Position numbers and translations under genes: made by a program. The notes beneath the pieces are model-generated. The model ran no database searches, was not told where the DNA came from, and was given only the letters and a program-made list of their open reading frames with translations. Source: an uncultured Candidatus Saccharibacteria bacterium (GTDB lineage Bacteria > Patescibacteriota > Minisyncoccia > Phycocordibacterales > DATDWN01). Taken from it: 64,000 nucleotides of DNA. Where the stretch lies: NCBI GenBank assembly GCA_964576615.1, contig CAZNUU010000003.1, positions 6,523-70,522 of the forward strand. Direction: 5' to 3'. Below, piece by piece: positions 36,946 through 45,796 of this stretch; the stretch's first letter is position 1; every line of letters begins with the position of its first letter.

Positions 36946-39357
36946 TTAAATTGTGCCTCTCAATACTCGTTCAACAATGGAGCTATTCATTACTTTTCCG
37001 GATTGAACTAGCTCTTGTCCGTGGGCCGAAAGCCAATCAAATATTACTTTGTTATTTTTGACAATACTTGCCACTTGATCTGGACTTAGACCTCTAGCAT
37101 TTAAGAGAGCTTGAGAAATAAGAGATGGATCTTCGACTTTACCAGCAATGTCTATTGCATCACCAATATGGAGAATGTTTGCATCGCCACTAGTAAAGCC
37201 AAGATCTTTAAGTTCAGTTGCGCTCATCTTGTCAAAGATATCTTTGAAAGAATCGATGACATGAGTTCTCGCCCCCTCGTCTAAACCGTTAAGAACACTG
37301 TTAGAGTCAAGGTTACGCTCTATTATTTTCCATGTATTTTCCCCTGCAACTACTCTGTGTAGCGAATGTACATTTGGAAGTACCCCAGTCTCTGGTAAGC
37401 GAGTTGAATCGAGTGGAGGCTTTGGAGTATTTGGGATATTTATGTCCCCTGATCTTGAGGGCTGAACTCTGTGGAAAAGTTTATTGCCAATGAGCCACCC
37501 GGTTGCTCCTCCCGCCGCTGCTGCTATTATTTTACGCAGCATTTTATTTATTCTTTCTCGGTCAACTTCAGATTCAATTACTTCGTTTCTGGAATTTGTT
37601 TCTCGATTTAATTTATCCGCAATTAGAACAGCTACTCCTGGACCAGAGGCATCAATGCCTTCGGCCACTTGTCTTGCTTGAAGGATATCATCCATTCTGA
37701 TTATTGCTTCAGCAATCGCACCCGTGCTATCTCCTGCAGAAAGGAGATCCCTCATTGCAACTCCTCGCTCAACCTGAAGCATTCTTAACCTAGAAGCTTC
37801 TTTTCTTATATCTTCCGGATTGATATTTGATACTGCTCTATCAACTGCATCCGGATTTACGGATCTGCCTATTTGTTTAGCTATTGCTGATACTAAACCT
37901 TTATGCCCAATAAGTTTTGAATACCTCTCCAGACCTGCTTCTGTACCTGTATATGTTCCAACAGACCCCCACACTGCTCTACCTCCCATTACTAGAGGAA
38001 CAGCCACACCTGTCATAGCAGAAGCTACACCTGCACCCCCAAGCAGAGCACCGGTTACCAGTCTGAATCTGCCCATCTGTCGCCACTTTGTCTTCAATTT
38101 CTCAAGTCTGTTTCTTTCAATACCTTCCGTTGAAATTTCATCAACATTTCTCTGTTCTTCCCGAATCAAGTCCAAAGCTCTCCTGGCTAAAAATACACGA
38201 AGCATCTTAGGTTGTTCTTGCCCACCTTCCATTCGAGCTCTTAGGGCTGCTTCCTCCATGCTCAATTCCCGTATCCTATGACGATCGAGTTGAACTTGAT
38301 ATCTATCTCGAAACCCCTCTAGCTCTTTCTTACCTTCTTCACCTCCAAAATCCATTTCTTCTTCACCAAATGACATTAAGCGTTTAAGGAACCCCCCAGC
38401 TTTGCCTCTAATTACATTGCCACGTAACCTTTTGGCCTTGAAATATTCACTTCTTGCATCAACTAACTCCTGAGGATTGAAAATTTCCGGAGTCCTAGTA
38501 GTATCTGGTCCTTCTGGCGGTTGAGGTGGTTCTTCTTGACCTCCTCCGCCACCACCTCCACCTCCGTCACCTCCACCATCAACTGGCCCTTCTCCTCCAT
38601 CTTCTTTATCCTTCCCACTCATTTCTTTTATTTTGCCTTCAACCTCCTTGGCTAAGCGCTCGATAAGATCATGGGAAGCATCTCTCGTATTTGTGTAAGG
38701 CTCACCATTTTTACCTACTGCAAAATCTTTAAGCAAATCAGGGCGATTGACCCAGTCCCCTGGATAATCAGCTGAACTAGTAGAGCCCTTACCGAAGACA
38801 TGCCAGTAAACATCTTCGTGCTCAACATTGCCTTGCCTAGCTTTGTTTAATAAATCTAGAATTCTTTTTTGTTCCGCAATTTGCCTCATTCTCTCTGCAT
38901 TTCTTTCCTGTCGCTCTCTTTCTTTTGCCGCATTTTTCTCTACTACCTCTTCAGCACGAATGTCTTGCTCAGTCTCTTTTGCTAGGTACTCAACAAGATC
39001 ATGGGCAGCGTCCCTGGTAGATTGGTATGCTTCACCGTTTTTGCCCACAGAAAACATTTTCGCCAAGTCAGGTCTCTCAGAAGTAAAATTCCTGTATGCT
39101 TCTTCATACTCAACATTTCCCTGTCTTACTTTATCTAAATAGTTAATCCTCTCTCTTAACTGTTCCAGGCTTAATGTAGGCCTTTCTTCAGCTCCTAAGT
39201 TAAGTTCTTCTCTGGTTTTGGCTGGACCTCTTTTGATTTCGTACTCAATTCCATCGTTGGCTGGAACAATTTTGGCCTTTGGGTTTGGTTTTGGAGAATC
39301 ATCTAAAACTACCAACGGTTCCTCATTTGGTCCGGCATCTGGCTTGAATCTTTCCAT
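36946..39357 (-). CDS. large coiled-coil protein with internal repeat, Gly-rich TM segments and LysM-like C-terminal motif
   Basis: duplicated RQGNVE..RPDL..F.VGKNGE.Y..TRDA.HDL unit; poly-Gly; HRVVAGENTWKI. Confidence 0.75.
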   Translation of the reverse strand: MERFKPDAGPNEEPLVVLDDSPKPNPKAKIVPANDGIEYEIKRGPAKTREELNLGAEERPTLSLEQLRERINYLDKVRQGNVEYEEAYRNFTSERPDLAKMFSVGKNGEAYQSTRDAAHDLVEYLAKETEQDIRAEEVVEKNAAKERERQERNAERMRQIAEQKRILDLLNKARQGNVEHEDVYWHVFGKGSTSSADYPGDWVNRPDLLKDFAVGKNGEPYTNTRDASHDLIERLAKEVEGKIKEMSGKDKEDGGEGPVDGGGDGGGGGGGGGQEEPPQPPEGPDTTRTPEIFNPQELVDARSEYFKAKRLRGNVIRGKAGGFLKRLMSFGEEEMDFGGEEGKKELEGFRDRYQVQLDRHRIRELSMEEAALRARMEGGQEQPKMLRVFLARRALDLIREEQRNVDEISTEGIERNRLEKLKTKWRQMGRFRLVTGALLGGAGVASAMTGVAVPLVMGGRAVWGSVGTYTGTEAGLERYSKLIGHKGLVSAIAKQIGRSVNPDAVDRAVSNINPEDIRKEASRLRMLQVERGVAMRDLLSAGDSTGAIAEAIIRMDDILQARQVAEGIDASGPGVAVLIADKLNRETNSRNEVIESEVDRERINKMLRKIIAAAAGGATGWLIGNKLFHRVQPSRSGDINIPNTPKPPLDSTRLPETGVLPNVHSLHRVVAGENTWKIIERNLDSNSVLNGLDEGARTHVIDSFKDIFDKMSATELKDLGFTSGDANILHIGDAIDIAGKVEDPSLISQALLNARGLSPDQVASIVKNNKVIFDWLSAHGQELVQSGKVMNSSIVERVLRGTI

Positions 39358-39384
39358 GGATGTTTTTTATATTTAGATAATAAT

Positions 39385-39684
39385 TTATGCCGCAGGATGA
39401 GCTAGTTCAAGCATTTCCTTCTTGAGCCCCGCAACCGTTTCCGCAACTAAAACATCAAAATTTGGAATCTTATCTCTTAGAAATGAAACTAGGTCAGCAT
39501 CGGAATCTAGAACCTTATCTAACTCCTTTTTGTCCTCGTCCGAAAGATAAGAGAGAGCAGCTAAACTTATCCTACTATGTAAAACTTCTTCCATCTGACC
39601 TATCATTGCGTCTCTTTGTTCCTTTGGCATTTGATCCAGTCCTAATTCTTGCACCAAATTAACATTTAACAAATCTGTAAGCAT
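39385..39684 (-). CDS. DUF5663-like small helical protein
   Basis: ELGLD..P.EQ, LSDEDKKEL, FLRDKIPNFD. Confidence 0.75.
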   Translation of the reverse strand: MLTDLLNVNLVQELGLDQMPKEQRDAMIGQMEEVLHSRISLAALSYLSDEDKKELDKVLDSDADLVSFLRDKIPNFDVLVAETVAGLKKEMLELAHPAA

Positions 39685-39760
39685 ATTATTATTGTTATGA
39701 ATATACCTGAAGTATAAAGCTAGATTAAATCCTGGTAAAGGGAATTGTGGATTATCGATT

Positions 39761-39964
39761 TTATGAAGATTTATTTTTTTCTTTTAGGACTTTTACTTCG
39801 TTTTCAAGATCTTCCAGTCTTTCATGATCCGACTTGTGATGAGTCAGAGCTTTTTGAATAAAAGGCCAAATAAATATACCAATCACAACATCGAAAACTA
39901 CCATTAAAAAAACCTCAAATTCCCAGTGAGCTGGATCTTTTAGTAAGTCAAAAAATGTTTCCAT
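39761..39964 (-). CDS. small single-TM protein
   Basis: DPAHWEFE + TM + coiled coil. Confidence 0.7.
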   Translation of the reverse strand: METFFDLLKDPAHWEFEVFLMVVFDVVIGIFIWPFIQKALTHHKSDHERLEDLENEVKVLKEKNKSS

Positions 39965-40000
39965 ATAAATATTCTATGATAAAATTTTGCTGGAGGCGAC

Positions 40001-40240
40001 ATGCAAAGTGTACGGGAGCTCGTGCCCGATTTGGAAAAATGCGATAAGAACCCGGACCACCCCGGCGCGTTTTACCTGCCCCAGTACAAAACGCTTATAG
40101 AAATCGCGACGGGCCAACCAGTTACGGTGATTACTGCTGACCTGTTCGGCAAGAACCCCGAGTGCGTTTACACTCCGGAGTTGGCCGAGTGGCACCACAT
40201 TTCCAAATTCGAGCTCCCCAGCTCGACTAACACTGCTTAG
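40001..40240 (+). CDS. cassette ORF, hypothetical 79 aa
   Basis: TG-n-TAAAAT, GGAGG SD, shared hairpin GAGCCCTGGA/TCCAGGGCTC ~40264-40287. Confidence 0.7.
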   Translation: MQSVRELVPDLEKCDKNPDHPGAFYLPQYKTLIEIATGQPVTVITADLFGKNPECVYTPELAEWHHISKFELPSSTNTA

Positions 40241-40292
40241 TCGAGCTTTGTTAGTTAAGTAGAGAGCCCTGGACGAATCCAGGGCTCGAAGA

Positions 40293-40649
40293 CTACGAGG
40301 TTTTGATGCGGTAAATCCCAAAAACTCCCTCACCTCGGTAATCACACGTGAAATCAGCGTGCGTTCCAGAGAGCGCGTCGAGAGCTTCGTGCAACTGTCT
40401 CTCGAAGACTCTCACCGCATCGTTACCTATTTGGACGGAGTGGAAATGAACTGAGTAGATCACTGCCTCAGAGCACCCACACCGGATGAAGTTTAAAACC
40501 TGGCCTAGGGTATGCATCCAATCCTTTATGTTAGAGGTTGGATGGGCACCCGGCAAAACTACAGGTTGACCAACCGGAATCATGGTAACGTCATCACCTT
40601 GAACGATGAACTTCTGACCCTTCGCAGCGACCGGATTTTCATTGCGCAT
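40293..40649 (-). CDS. cassette ORF, hypothetical 118 aa
   Basis: TTGACT-16-TAAGGT (40717-40744), GGAG SD, convergent on shared hairpin. Confidence 0.7.
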   Translation of the reverse strand: MRNENPVAAKGQKFIVQGDDVTMIPVGQPVVLPGAHPTSNIKDWMHTLGQVLNFIRCGCSEAVIYSVHFHSVQIGNDAVRVFERQLHEALDALSGTHADFTCDYRGEGVFGIYRIKTS

Positions 40650-40816
40650 CGTACTTCTCCACGCTTTACGCGCATCACCTGACTCGTGATTGAGTCTAGG
40701 CTAGGAATCTAAAGTCACCTTACAGCTAAATATTAAAAAGTCAAAATCAAAACCCGCTTTCGGCGGCCAGGTGCTATTATATTTATTTTTGCGTGCTAAA
40801 ATCTGAGCAAAATTTT

Positions 40817-40943
40817 TTGCTCAGAGGATTTTTGCTCAAGGTCGCGTATAAATTTAAAACTGGAGTCGGAGATGTACATTAGTACATTGACGATCCCAGT
40901 TTTAAATTTAGACGTTAGAGATTGAGTAAAAAGACCTGAGCAA
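40817..40943. repeat. ERIC-like 127 bp imperfect palindrome abutting rpsG stop
   Basis: TTGCTCAG..CTGAGCAA ends; TAAATTTAAAACTGG/CCAGTTTTAAATTTA; core GGAG-ATGTAC/GTACAT-TGAC. Confidence 0.75.
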
Positions 40944-41414
40944 CTACCAGGCGAAATGAGCGAAAGCTTTATTTGCTTCAGCCATTTTATGAGTATCCTC
41001 TCTCTTCTTTACCGCCTTACCTTCGTTCTTGGATGCCAAGATAATTTCGTCAGCTAGCTTGGATGCCATTGGTTTACCTTTTGCACTACGAGCAGCTTCG
41101 ATAATCCATTTCATAGAAAGTGCAGAGCGTCTTTCTGGTCTAACTTCGCGAGGAATCTGGTAGTTTGCTCCTCCCACTCGTCTAGATCTTACTTCTGTAA
41201 GAGGCCCTGTATTTTTTAGTGCAGCATCTAAAATTTCTAGAGGATTCTCAACTTTTGTTTTATCTTTTACCTCTTCTAGAGCAGAGTATACGATTTTTCT
41301 GGCGGTCTCCTTTTGACCTCGAAGCATTAGATAGTTAATAAACTTACTGATTTTTTCAGAATCGTATTTATAATCTTTCTTTACAATATTTCTGTTAGTA
41401 ACTTTTCTTCGCAT
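40944..41414 (-). CDS. rpsG: 30S ribosomal protein S7
   Basis: EVRSRRVGGANYQIP, HKMAEANKAFAH. Confidence 0.98.
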   Translation of the reverse strand: MRRKVTNRNIVKKDYKYDSEKISKFINYLMLRGQKETARKIVYSALEEVKDKTKVENPLEILDAALKNTGPLTEVRSRRVGGANYQIPREVRPERRSALSMKWIIEAARSAKGKPMASKLADEIILASKNEGKAVKKREDTHKMAEANKAFAHFAW

Positions 41415-41463
41415 GGTTTTGATTAATTTGCTTCGGAATACCTCAGCACAAGTGTTCCCTTAT

Positions 41464-41874
41464 TTATTTCTTAGCTCTTTTTGCACCATAACGTGATCGT
41501 CCCTTCTTTCTGTTTTCAACTCCAGTTGCGTCAAGAACACCTCGTACAATTGTGTATCTGACCCCGACATCTTTTACCTTTCCGCCTCGTAGTAATACCA
41601 CGGAGTGCTCCTGCAAATTATGGCCCATGCCTGGAATGTAGGCTGTAACTTCTTGGCCGTTTGTAAGCCTGACTCTGGCAATCTTTCGAATAGCCGAGTT
41701 AGGTTTCTTGGGAGTCTTTGTGGTTACTTTGGTGCACACACCTCTTTTAAAGGGAGACGGATAAAAAACTGGTCGGTTAGTCAAGGTATTGAAACCACGC
41801 ATAAGAGCCACAGCTTTTGGCTTGGCTTTGAAGATTTTTCTCTTGCGTCTGACCAACTGATTTATAGTAGACAT
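41464..41874 (-). CDS. rpsL: 30S ribosomal protein S12
   Basis: [24 protein letters not shown]. Confidence 0.98.
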   Translation of the reverse strand: MSTINQLVRRKRKIFKAKPKAVALMRGFNTLTNRPVFYPSPFKRGVCTKVTTKTPKKPNSAIRKIARVRLTNGQEVTAYIPGMGHNLQEHSVVLLRGGKVKDVGVRYTIVRGVLDATGVENRKKGRSRYGAKRAKK

Positions 41875-41963
41875 CGCACGTTACTTTAATATAAGTATTC
41901 AAAAATTGCAATAAAAGAATTGAGCGCAGCCTTTTAGCTGCGCTCGGGTATGCCGCGGCCTTT

Positions 41964-42107
41964 TTAGGCGGTCGAGATTTGGGCTCTGCCAAGGAGGGAC
42001 TTACGAGCCACACTCAGTTGCCTGTCGGCGTTGGGCAGCCGGTTTGATACCGGCCTTTCTCTTGGATCATGCGGGCGCGCGATGAGCCGTGAGATGCTTG
42101 CTTCCAT
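41964..42107 (-). CDS. cassette ORF, 47 aa, apparently leaderless (MEASISRLIARPHDPRE...)
   Basis: hand-translated; TTGCAG-17-TATATT with ATG ~5 nt downstream; hairpin GAGCGCAGC/GCTGCGCTC. Confidence 0.45.
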   Translation of the reverse strand: MEASISRLIARPHDPRERPVSNRLPNADRQLSVARKSLLGRAQISTA

Positions 42108-42216
42108 TTATAAATATATAACAGTATTAATCGATCTGCAAGAAAAGTTTTCCACCTTTATAAAGAATCACCCAGCAGCTTTTTGAGCGGCTGGGTGACA
42201 GAAGGACCAGGTGAGA

Positions 42217-42774
42217 TCAAGCGGCCAGGAGCAAGCTCCAGGCAAGAGCATTCTCATCCTCCCTGCGTTGACGAGTGAGGGTCGAGAAGTCGTCGAGCAG
42301 ACTCTGTTTCCAGCCCATGAGCTTCACCAGAAGCATCCCGAGGGCCTCGTCGCCAATTTCCGGAAGGCCCGAGAAGGAAACGAGAATCTTGAACCTGCCA
42401 CCGAGCTCAGGAACGTCTGCGTACAAGATGAACGCCCCGCCATATGCCCAACGGCTACGCTCGCGGAACTGCCAGGAGCTGACGACTCTGTGGTCAAGCG
42501 CATGTTCCACCATGAGAGTACTGGCTTTGTGTCCCGATACGATTGAGCGGCGACCGAAGGCGTCCTCCTCCGCAGTGCCAATGTTGGACTTGAAGAATCT
42601 CTGCCAACCCTGAACTCCCTGAGTGGAATCAACCGCATAGAAGAGTTGGAGAACTCCGCCGGTCGCACCATTCGCCTCTTCGCGAAGGACCTCAAGTACT
42701 TTCCTGAGAGCCTCCAGCGCAACCGAAGAGATATTCCCCCACTCACGCTGTGAAAGACGCAGAACTACTGCCAT
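42217..42774 (-). CDS. cassette ORF, hypothetical 185 aa
   Basis: TTGACT-16-TAGTCT (42817-42844), GAGGTG SD, hairpin TCACCCAGC/GCTGGGTGA. Confidence 0.75.
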   Translation of the reverse strand: MAVVLRLSQREWGNISSVALEALRKVLEVLREEANGATGGVLQLFYAVDSTQGVQGWQRFFKSNIGTAEEDAFGRRSIVSGHKASTLMVEHALDHRVVSSWQFRERSRWAYGGAFILYADVPELGGRFKILVSFSGLPEIGDEALGMLLVKLMGWKQSLLDDFSTLTRQRREDENALAWSLLLAA

Positions 42775-42845
42775 GTCACCTCACAATCAGATCAAGCTCA
42801 CTGCTTGTCTAAAAATAGACTACTATCGATTATTTAGAAGTCAAA

Positions 42846-43460
42846 TTAGGCAACCAAGCCAGTTATGAGATGAAATTCCCAGCCGACGAGAGGAATGATA
42901 AATTGCCAAAGGAAGAATATAAAAAATATTATGATAAAGATACTATTTCTTTCCAAAAAGTTTCGGATATTTTGCAAGTGGTATGGCAATACCGAGAAAA
43001 GAATCTTGGAACCATCCAAGGGTGGAATGGGAACTAGATTAAACGTAGCTAAAACAAGATTGATGAAAACAATTATGGTGGCAATGTAAACAAAGCCTCC
43101 CCCAAACTGCTGCAATACTCCAAAACGAAGAAGTAAGCCGAAGAAAAGTGCTAGCACTATATTAGATAGTGGCCCAGCAACTGCTACGATGGCTTCACCC
43201 CATCTCTGATTTCTCAAGTTATACGGATTAAAAGGCACGGGCTTTGCCCAACCAATAATAAATCCGCCGAGAAAATAAGACATGACAGGAAGGATAAAAG
43301 AGCCAAACCACTCTAAGTGATTTAAGGGATTTAGATTTAGTCTTCCAGCAAACTTGGCTGTATTGTCGCCTTGATAATATGCCGCATAACCATGAGAGAC
43401 CTCATGGATTATGACTGAGAAAATAAGAATTATTATTGAAAAAATTAAATCAATTTGCAT
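42846..43460 (-). CDS. site-2 protease family (M50) membrane peptidase
   Basis: HEVSHG, AGPLSN, FNLVPIPPLDG. Confidence 0.93.
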   Translation of the reverse strand: MQIDLIFSIIILIFSVIIHEVSHGYAAYYQGDNTAKFAGRLNLNPLNHLEWFGSFILPVMSYFLGGFIIGWAKPVPFNPYNLRNQRWGEAIVAVAGPLSNIVLALFFGLLLRFGVLQQFGGGFVYIATIIVFINLVLATFNLVPIPPLDGSKILFSVLPYHLQNIRNFLERNSIFIIIFFIFFLWQFIIPLVGWEFHLITGLVA

Positions 43461-43542
43461 GTATATCTTTCGCTAAGATGTTTTCGAAAACATCTTAGCT
43501 CGATTTGCTAGAGGAACTATTGCATGATAGCATAACTCTGCT

Positions 43543-43785
43543 ATGGCAAAACCTTGCCCAGTTACAAAAAAATCATCTCGCGTAGGCGGTGGCTATTCAA
43601 ACCGAACTCGTGCCACACAGTTTAATCCTACCGGAATGGTTCGAAAGTACCCTAATCTTCAGAAAAAGAAGATCTATATTCCTGAACTCAAAAAATCCAT
43701 CTCTCTAACTCTATCTACTAAAGCGATCAAAACTATTCAAAAGAATGGGGCTTTTAGAACACTCAAAGCTGCTGGAGTAATATAA
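43543..43785 (+). CDS. rpmB: 50S ribosomal protein L28
   Basis: MAK.C.VT.K, R..PNLQ, STKAIKTI.K. Confidence 0.88.
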   Translation: MAKPCPVTKKSSRVGGGYSNRTRATQFNPTGMVRKYPNLQKKKIYIPELKKSISLTLSTKAIKTIQKNGAFRTLKAAGVI

Positions 43786-43791
43786 CCGTTC

Positions 43792-43977
43792 GTGATTTCT
43801 TTCAAAAAGCAATCTGTCTAGCAAAGCTTTACTAGCGAACTTCTCGTCGCTCAAGAAAATAATGCGCAAATGAGATTGTGCTTTTCGACAAACTCGCTAC
43901 GCTCAAACAATGCCTTCAGCTCTCTCATTTGCTTTTATTTTCTAAGCTCCTGCGAAAGGCTTTTTGAAAGAAATCAC
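43792..43977 (+). repeat. 186 bp foldback element, copy B, downstream of rpmB
   Basis: perfect 19 bp TIR GTGATTTCTTTCAAAAAGC; interior matches 31400-31588. Confidence 0.85.
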
Positions 43978-43983
43978 TCACTC

Positions 43984-44220
43984 TTACAAATTTGAACGCC
44001 GGCTCGAATGAGCCGGCGTTACGAACTTCTCTGGATACATTTGAATCACTTCCCCAATCAAGGCCAGCATGAGTGAGCCGATGCAAAACATCGCCACCCA
44101 AAACTTGATCTCGATCGGTAGCCCTTTGCCTCTCAGGAGGGCCAAGAGGGTGATTCCGAAAATGATCCAGCAAGCGATTTCCATGCCCATCGCTCGAAAG
44201 AAAATCTCGTTTGCGTCCAT
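43984..44220 (-). CDS. cassette ORF, two-TM protein (MDANEIFF...)
   Basis: TTGACA-16-TACTGT (44238-44265), AAGGAGG SD, hairpin AACGCCGGCTC/GAGCCGGCGTT. Confidence 0.7.
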   Translation of the reverse strand: MDANEIFFRAMGMEIACWIIFGITLLALLRGKGLPIEIKFWVAMFCIGSLMLALIGEVIQMYPEKFVTPAHSSRRSNL

Positions 44221-44321
44221 CAGATCCTCCTTATATAACAGTAACACTCTAATTTTATTTGTCAAATATTACGATTTTGACTCCCAATCTAGGGAGAGTA
44301 GAATTATACCGGAGGCGTCCA

Positions 44322-44513
44322 ATGAAACTGCGACTTCTCTTACAGATCGCAAAAAACATTGGATACTTGTTTTCTTTGGACTTCTGGAGGTCTGCGTGGG
44401 TGGATCCGGAGACAGCAAGAACACTTGTCGTCCTAGTATTGTTTGTTGGATGTGCAGACATCCTGCGAATGATACTCATACCTGGATATCCAGGTTCTGA
44501 AGCCGCCGAGTAA
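44322..44513 (+). CDS. cassette ORF, small membrane protein (MKLRLLLQ...)
   Basis: TTGACT-16-TAGAAT (44277-44304), GGAGG SD, stop in loop of AGCCGCC/GGCGGCT hairpin. Confidence 0.7.
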   Translation: MKLRLLLQIAKNIGYLFSLDFWRSAWVDPETARTLVVLVLFVGCADILRMILIPGYPGSEAAE

Positions 44514-44567
44514 TTGGGCGGCTTTCCTCTTAAAATTGAACGACCAGCGAAAAGCTGGTCGTTTCAC

Positions 44568-44816
44568 TTACAGTACATCCTTCGGCTCGAGGCCAAGACC
44601 AACACAAAACTTGATGATGGTCTTGAGCTCAATGTTCTTAAGCCTGCCACCCTCAAGTTTCACGAGATAGGATTCTGAAACCCTGCAGACTCTCGCCGCA
44701 TGCGAGATGCTCATGGCCATCTCATCTCGCTTACACTTCACAGCATGAACGAATTTCTGCATCGAGTGAGCCGCATTTCTCCTGACCAAGTGGTCAAACA
44801 ATCTAAATGATCGCAT
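44568..44816 (-). CDS. cassette ORF, XRE/Cro-like HTH protein
   Basis: S.S.AAR...VS.SYL.KLE.G...NI.L.TI.K....L; TTGATA-16-TAGTTT, GGGAGGT SD, hairpin ACGACCAGC/GCTGGTCGT. Confidence 0.8.
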   Translation of the reverse strand: MRSFRLFDHLVRRNAAHSMQKFVHAVKCKRDEMAMSISHAARVCRVSESYLVKLEGGRLKNIELKTIIKFCVGLGLEPKDVL

Positions 44817-44857
44817 GGATACCTCCCATATTCAAACTATCAGAAACCAGAAAAATA

Positions 44858-45757
44858 TCAAAACCTGCACCCAACAACTGCTTCCTTAATATTTTTATTT
44901 TTTAAAACAAAATTCTTGCCATCTGATTCAAAAGTAATTCGTCCATTGTTACATGTGTCATAAGCTGGGATATTTAGCTTTGCTGTTGTCTCCAGAGTCT
45001 CTTTGTGGGGATGACCGTACTCGTTATTTTGACCCGAAGACATAACCATCCATTTTGGATTAACTTCTTTTACATATTCTTCGGAACTCGAGGTGTGAGA
45101 TCCATGATGTCCGGCTTTTAAAATATCTGCTTCTAGACTTGTACCATCCAATCCCACAAGATAATGCTCAATTTTTGCCGTAGAATCACCCTGCAGCATG
45201 ACTGAAGTTCCGCCGTAAACAAGTTTCATAACAATTGAACCGTCATTTGTAGACATACCAGTAGGATCTCGGTCGGGAAATAGAACCTCGAGATAAGCTC
45301 CCCCACCTAGATCTATTTTTTCACCACGTCTTGCTAAAATTTTTGTGATTTTTTTGTCAGCGACCTCTTTCTCTAGAACATCGTAAGCTGGGTAATGAGC
45401 CTGTGTGCCTGGTTCCATAAAAACATCCGCGGAATATTTTTGCAGTAGGGGGATAAAACCAGAATAGTGATCAAGGTCGGGATTGGTGACAATTATCATA
45501 TCTATATGCCGGTCATACCAAGCCATAACGTGAGATATTTCCTTCATCAAATTTTTATTTGGACCACCGTCGATTAAAACCTGTGTACCTGTTGGTGACT
45601 CAATAAAAAGTGAATCCCCCTGACCGATATCCAGAACGGAGAAAGTAAGTAGCCCTTTATGGTCTTCATAATAAACTGCCCACCAGAGGACTGTGCTTAT
45701 TACAACTAGAGAAGCGAGAAGATAGGTTCGCCAATTCGCCTTAAAATGAGTTTGCAT
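44858..45757 (-). CDS. ComEC/Rec2-associated MBL-fold nuclease domain protein
   Basis: LDIGQGDS, LIDGG, DLDH, KAGHHGS, YGHPH. Confidence 0.9.
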   Translation of the reverse strand: MQTHFKANWRTYLLASLVVISTVLWWAVYYEDHKGLLTFSVLDIGQGDSLFIESPTGTQVLIDGGPNKNLMKEISHVMAWYDRHIDMIIVTNPDLDHYSGFIPLLQKYSADVFMEPGTQAHYPAYDVLEKEVADKKITKILARRGEKIDLGGGAYLEVLFPDRDPTGMSTNDGSIVMKLVYGGTSVMLQGDSTAKIEHYLVGLDGTSLEADILKAGHHGSHTSSSEEYVKEVNPKWMVMSSGQNNEYGHPHKETLETTAKLNIPAYDTCNNGRITFESDGKNFVLKNKNIKEAVVGCRF

Positions 45758-45796
45758 TATAATTAGTATACTAATTAACATTTTTCTAATAAAACC

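Noticed and set aside
38540-38580. CCTCCA/CCA low-complexity tract as a DNA repeat element
   Set aside because: Explained by a poly-Gly linker in the 803 aa protein.
34126-40744. Prophage or ICE
   Set aside because: No integrase, relaxase, structural phage genes or att repeats; the large genes have host-like composition.
43473-43500. Perfect palindrome GCTAAGATGTTTTCGAAAACATCTTAGC as a member of the double-hairpin family
   Set aside because: Shares CTAA/TTAG ends but has one stem and no CGSSCG linker; could be an operator or a degenerate copy, and this cannot be decided from the sequence.
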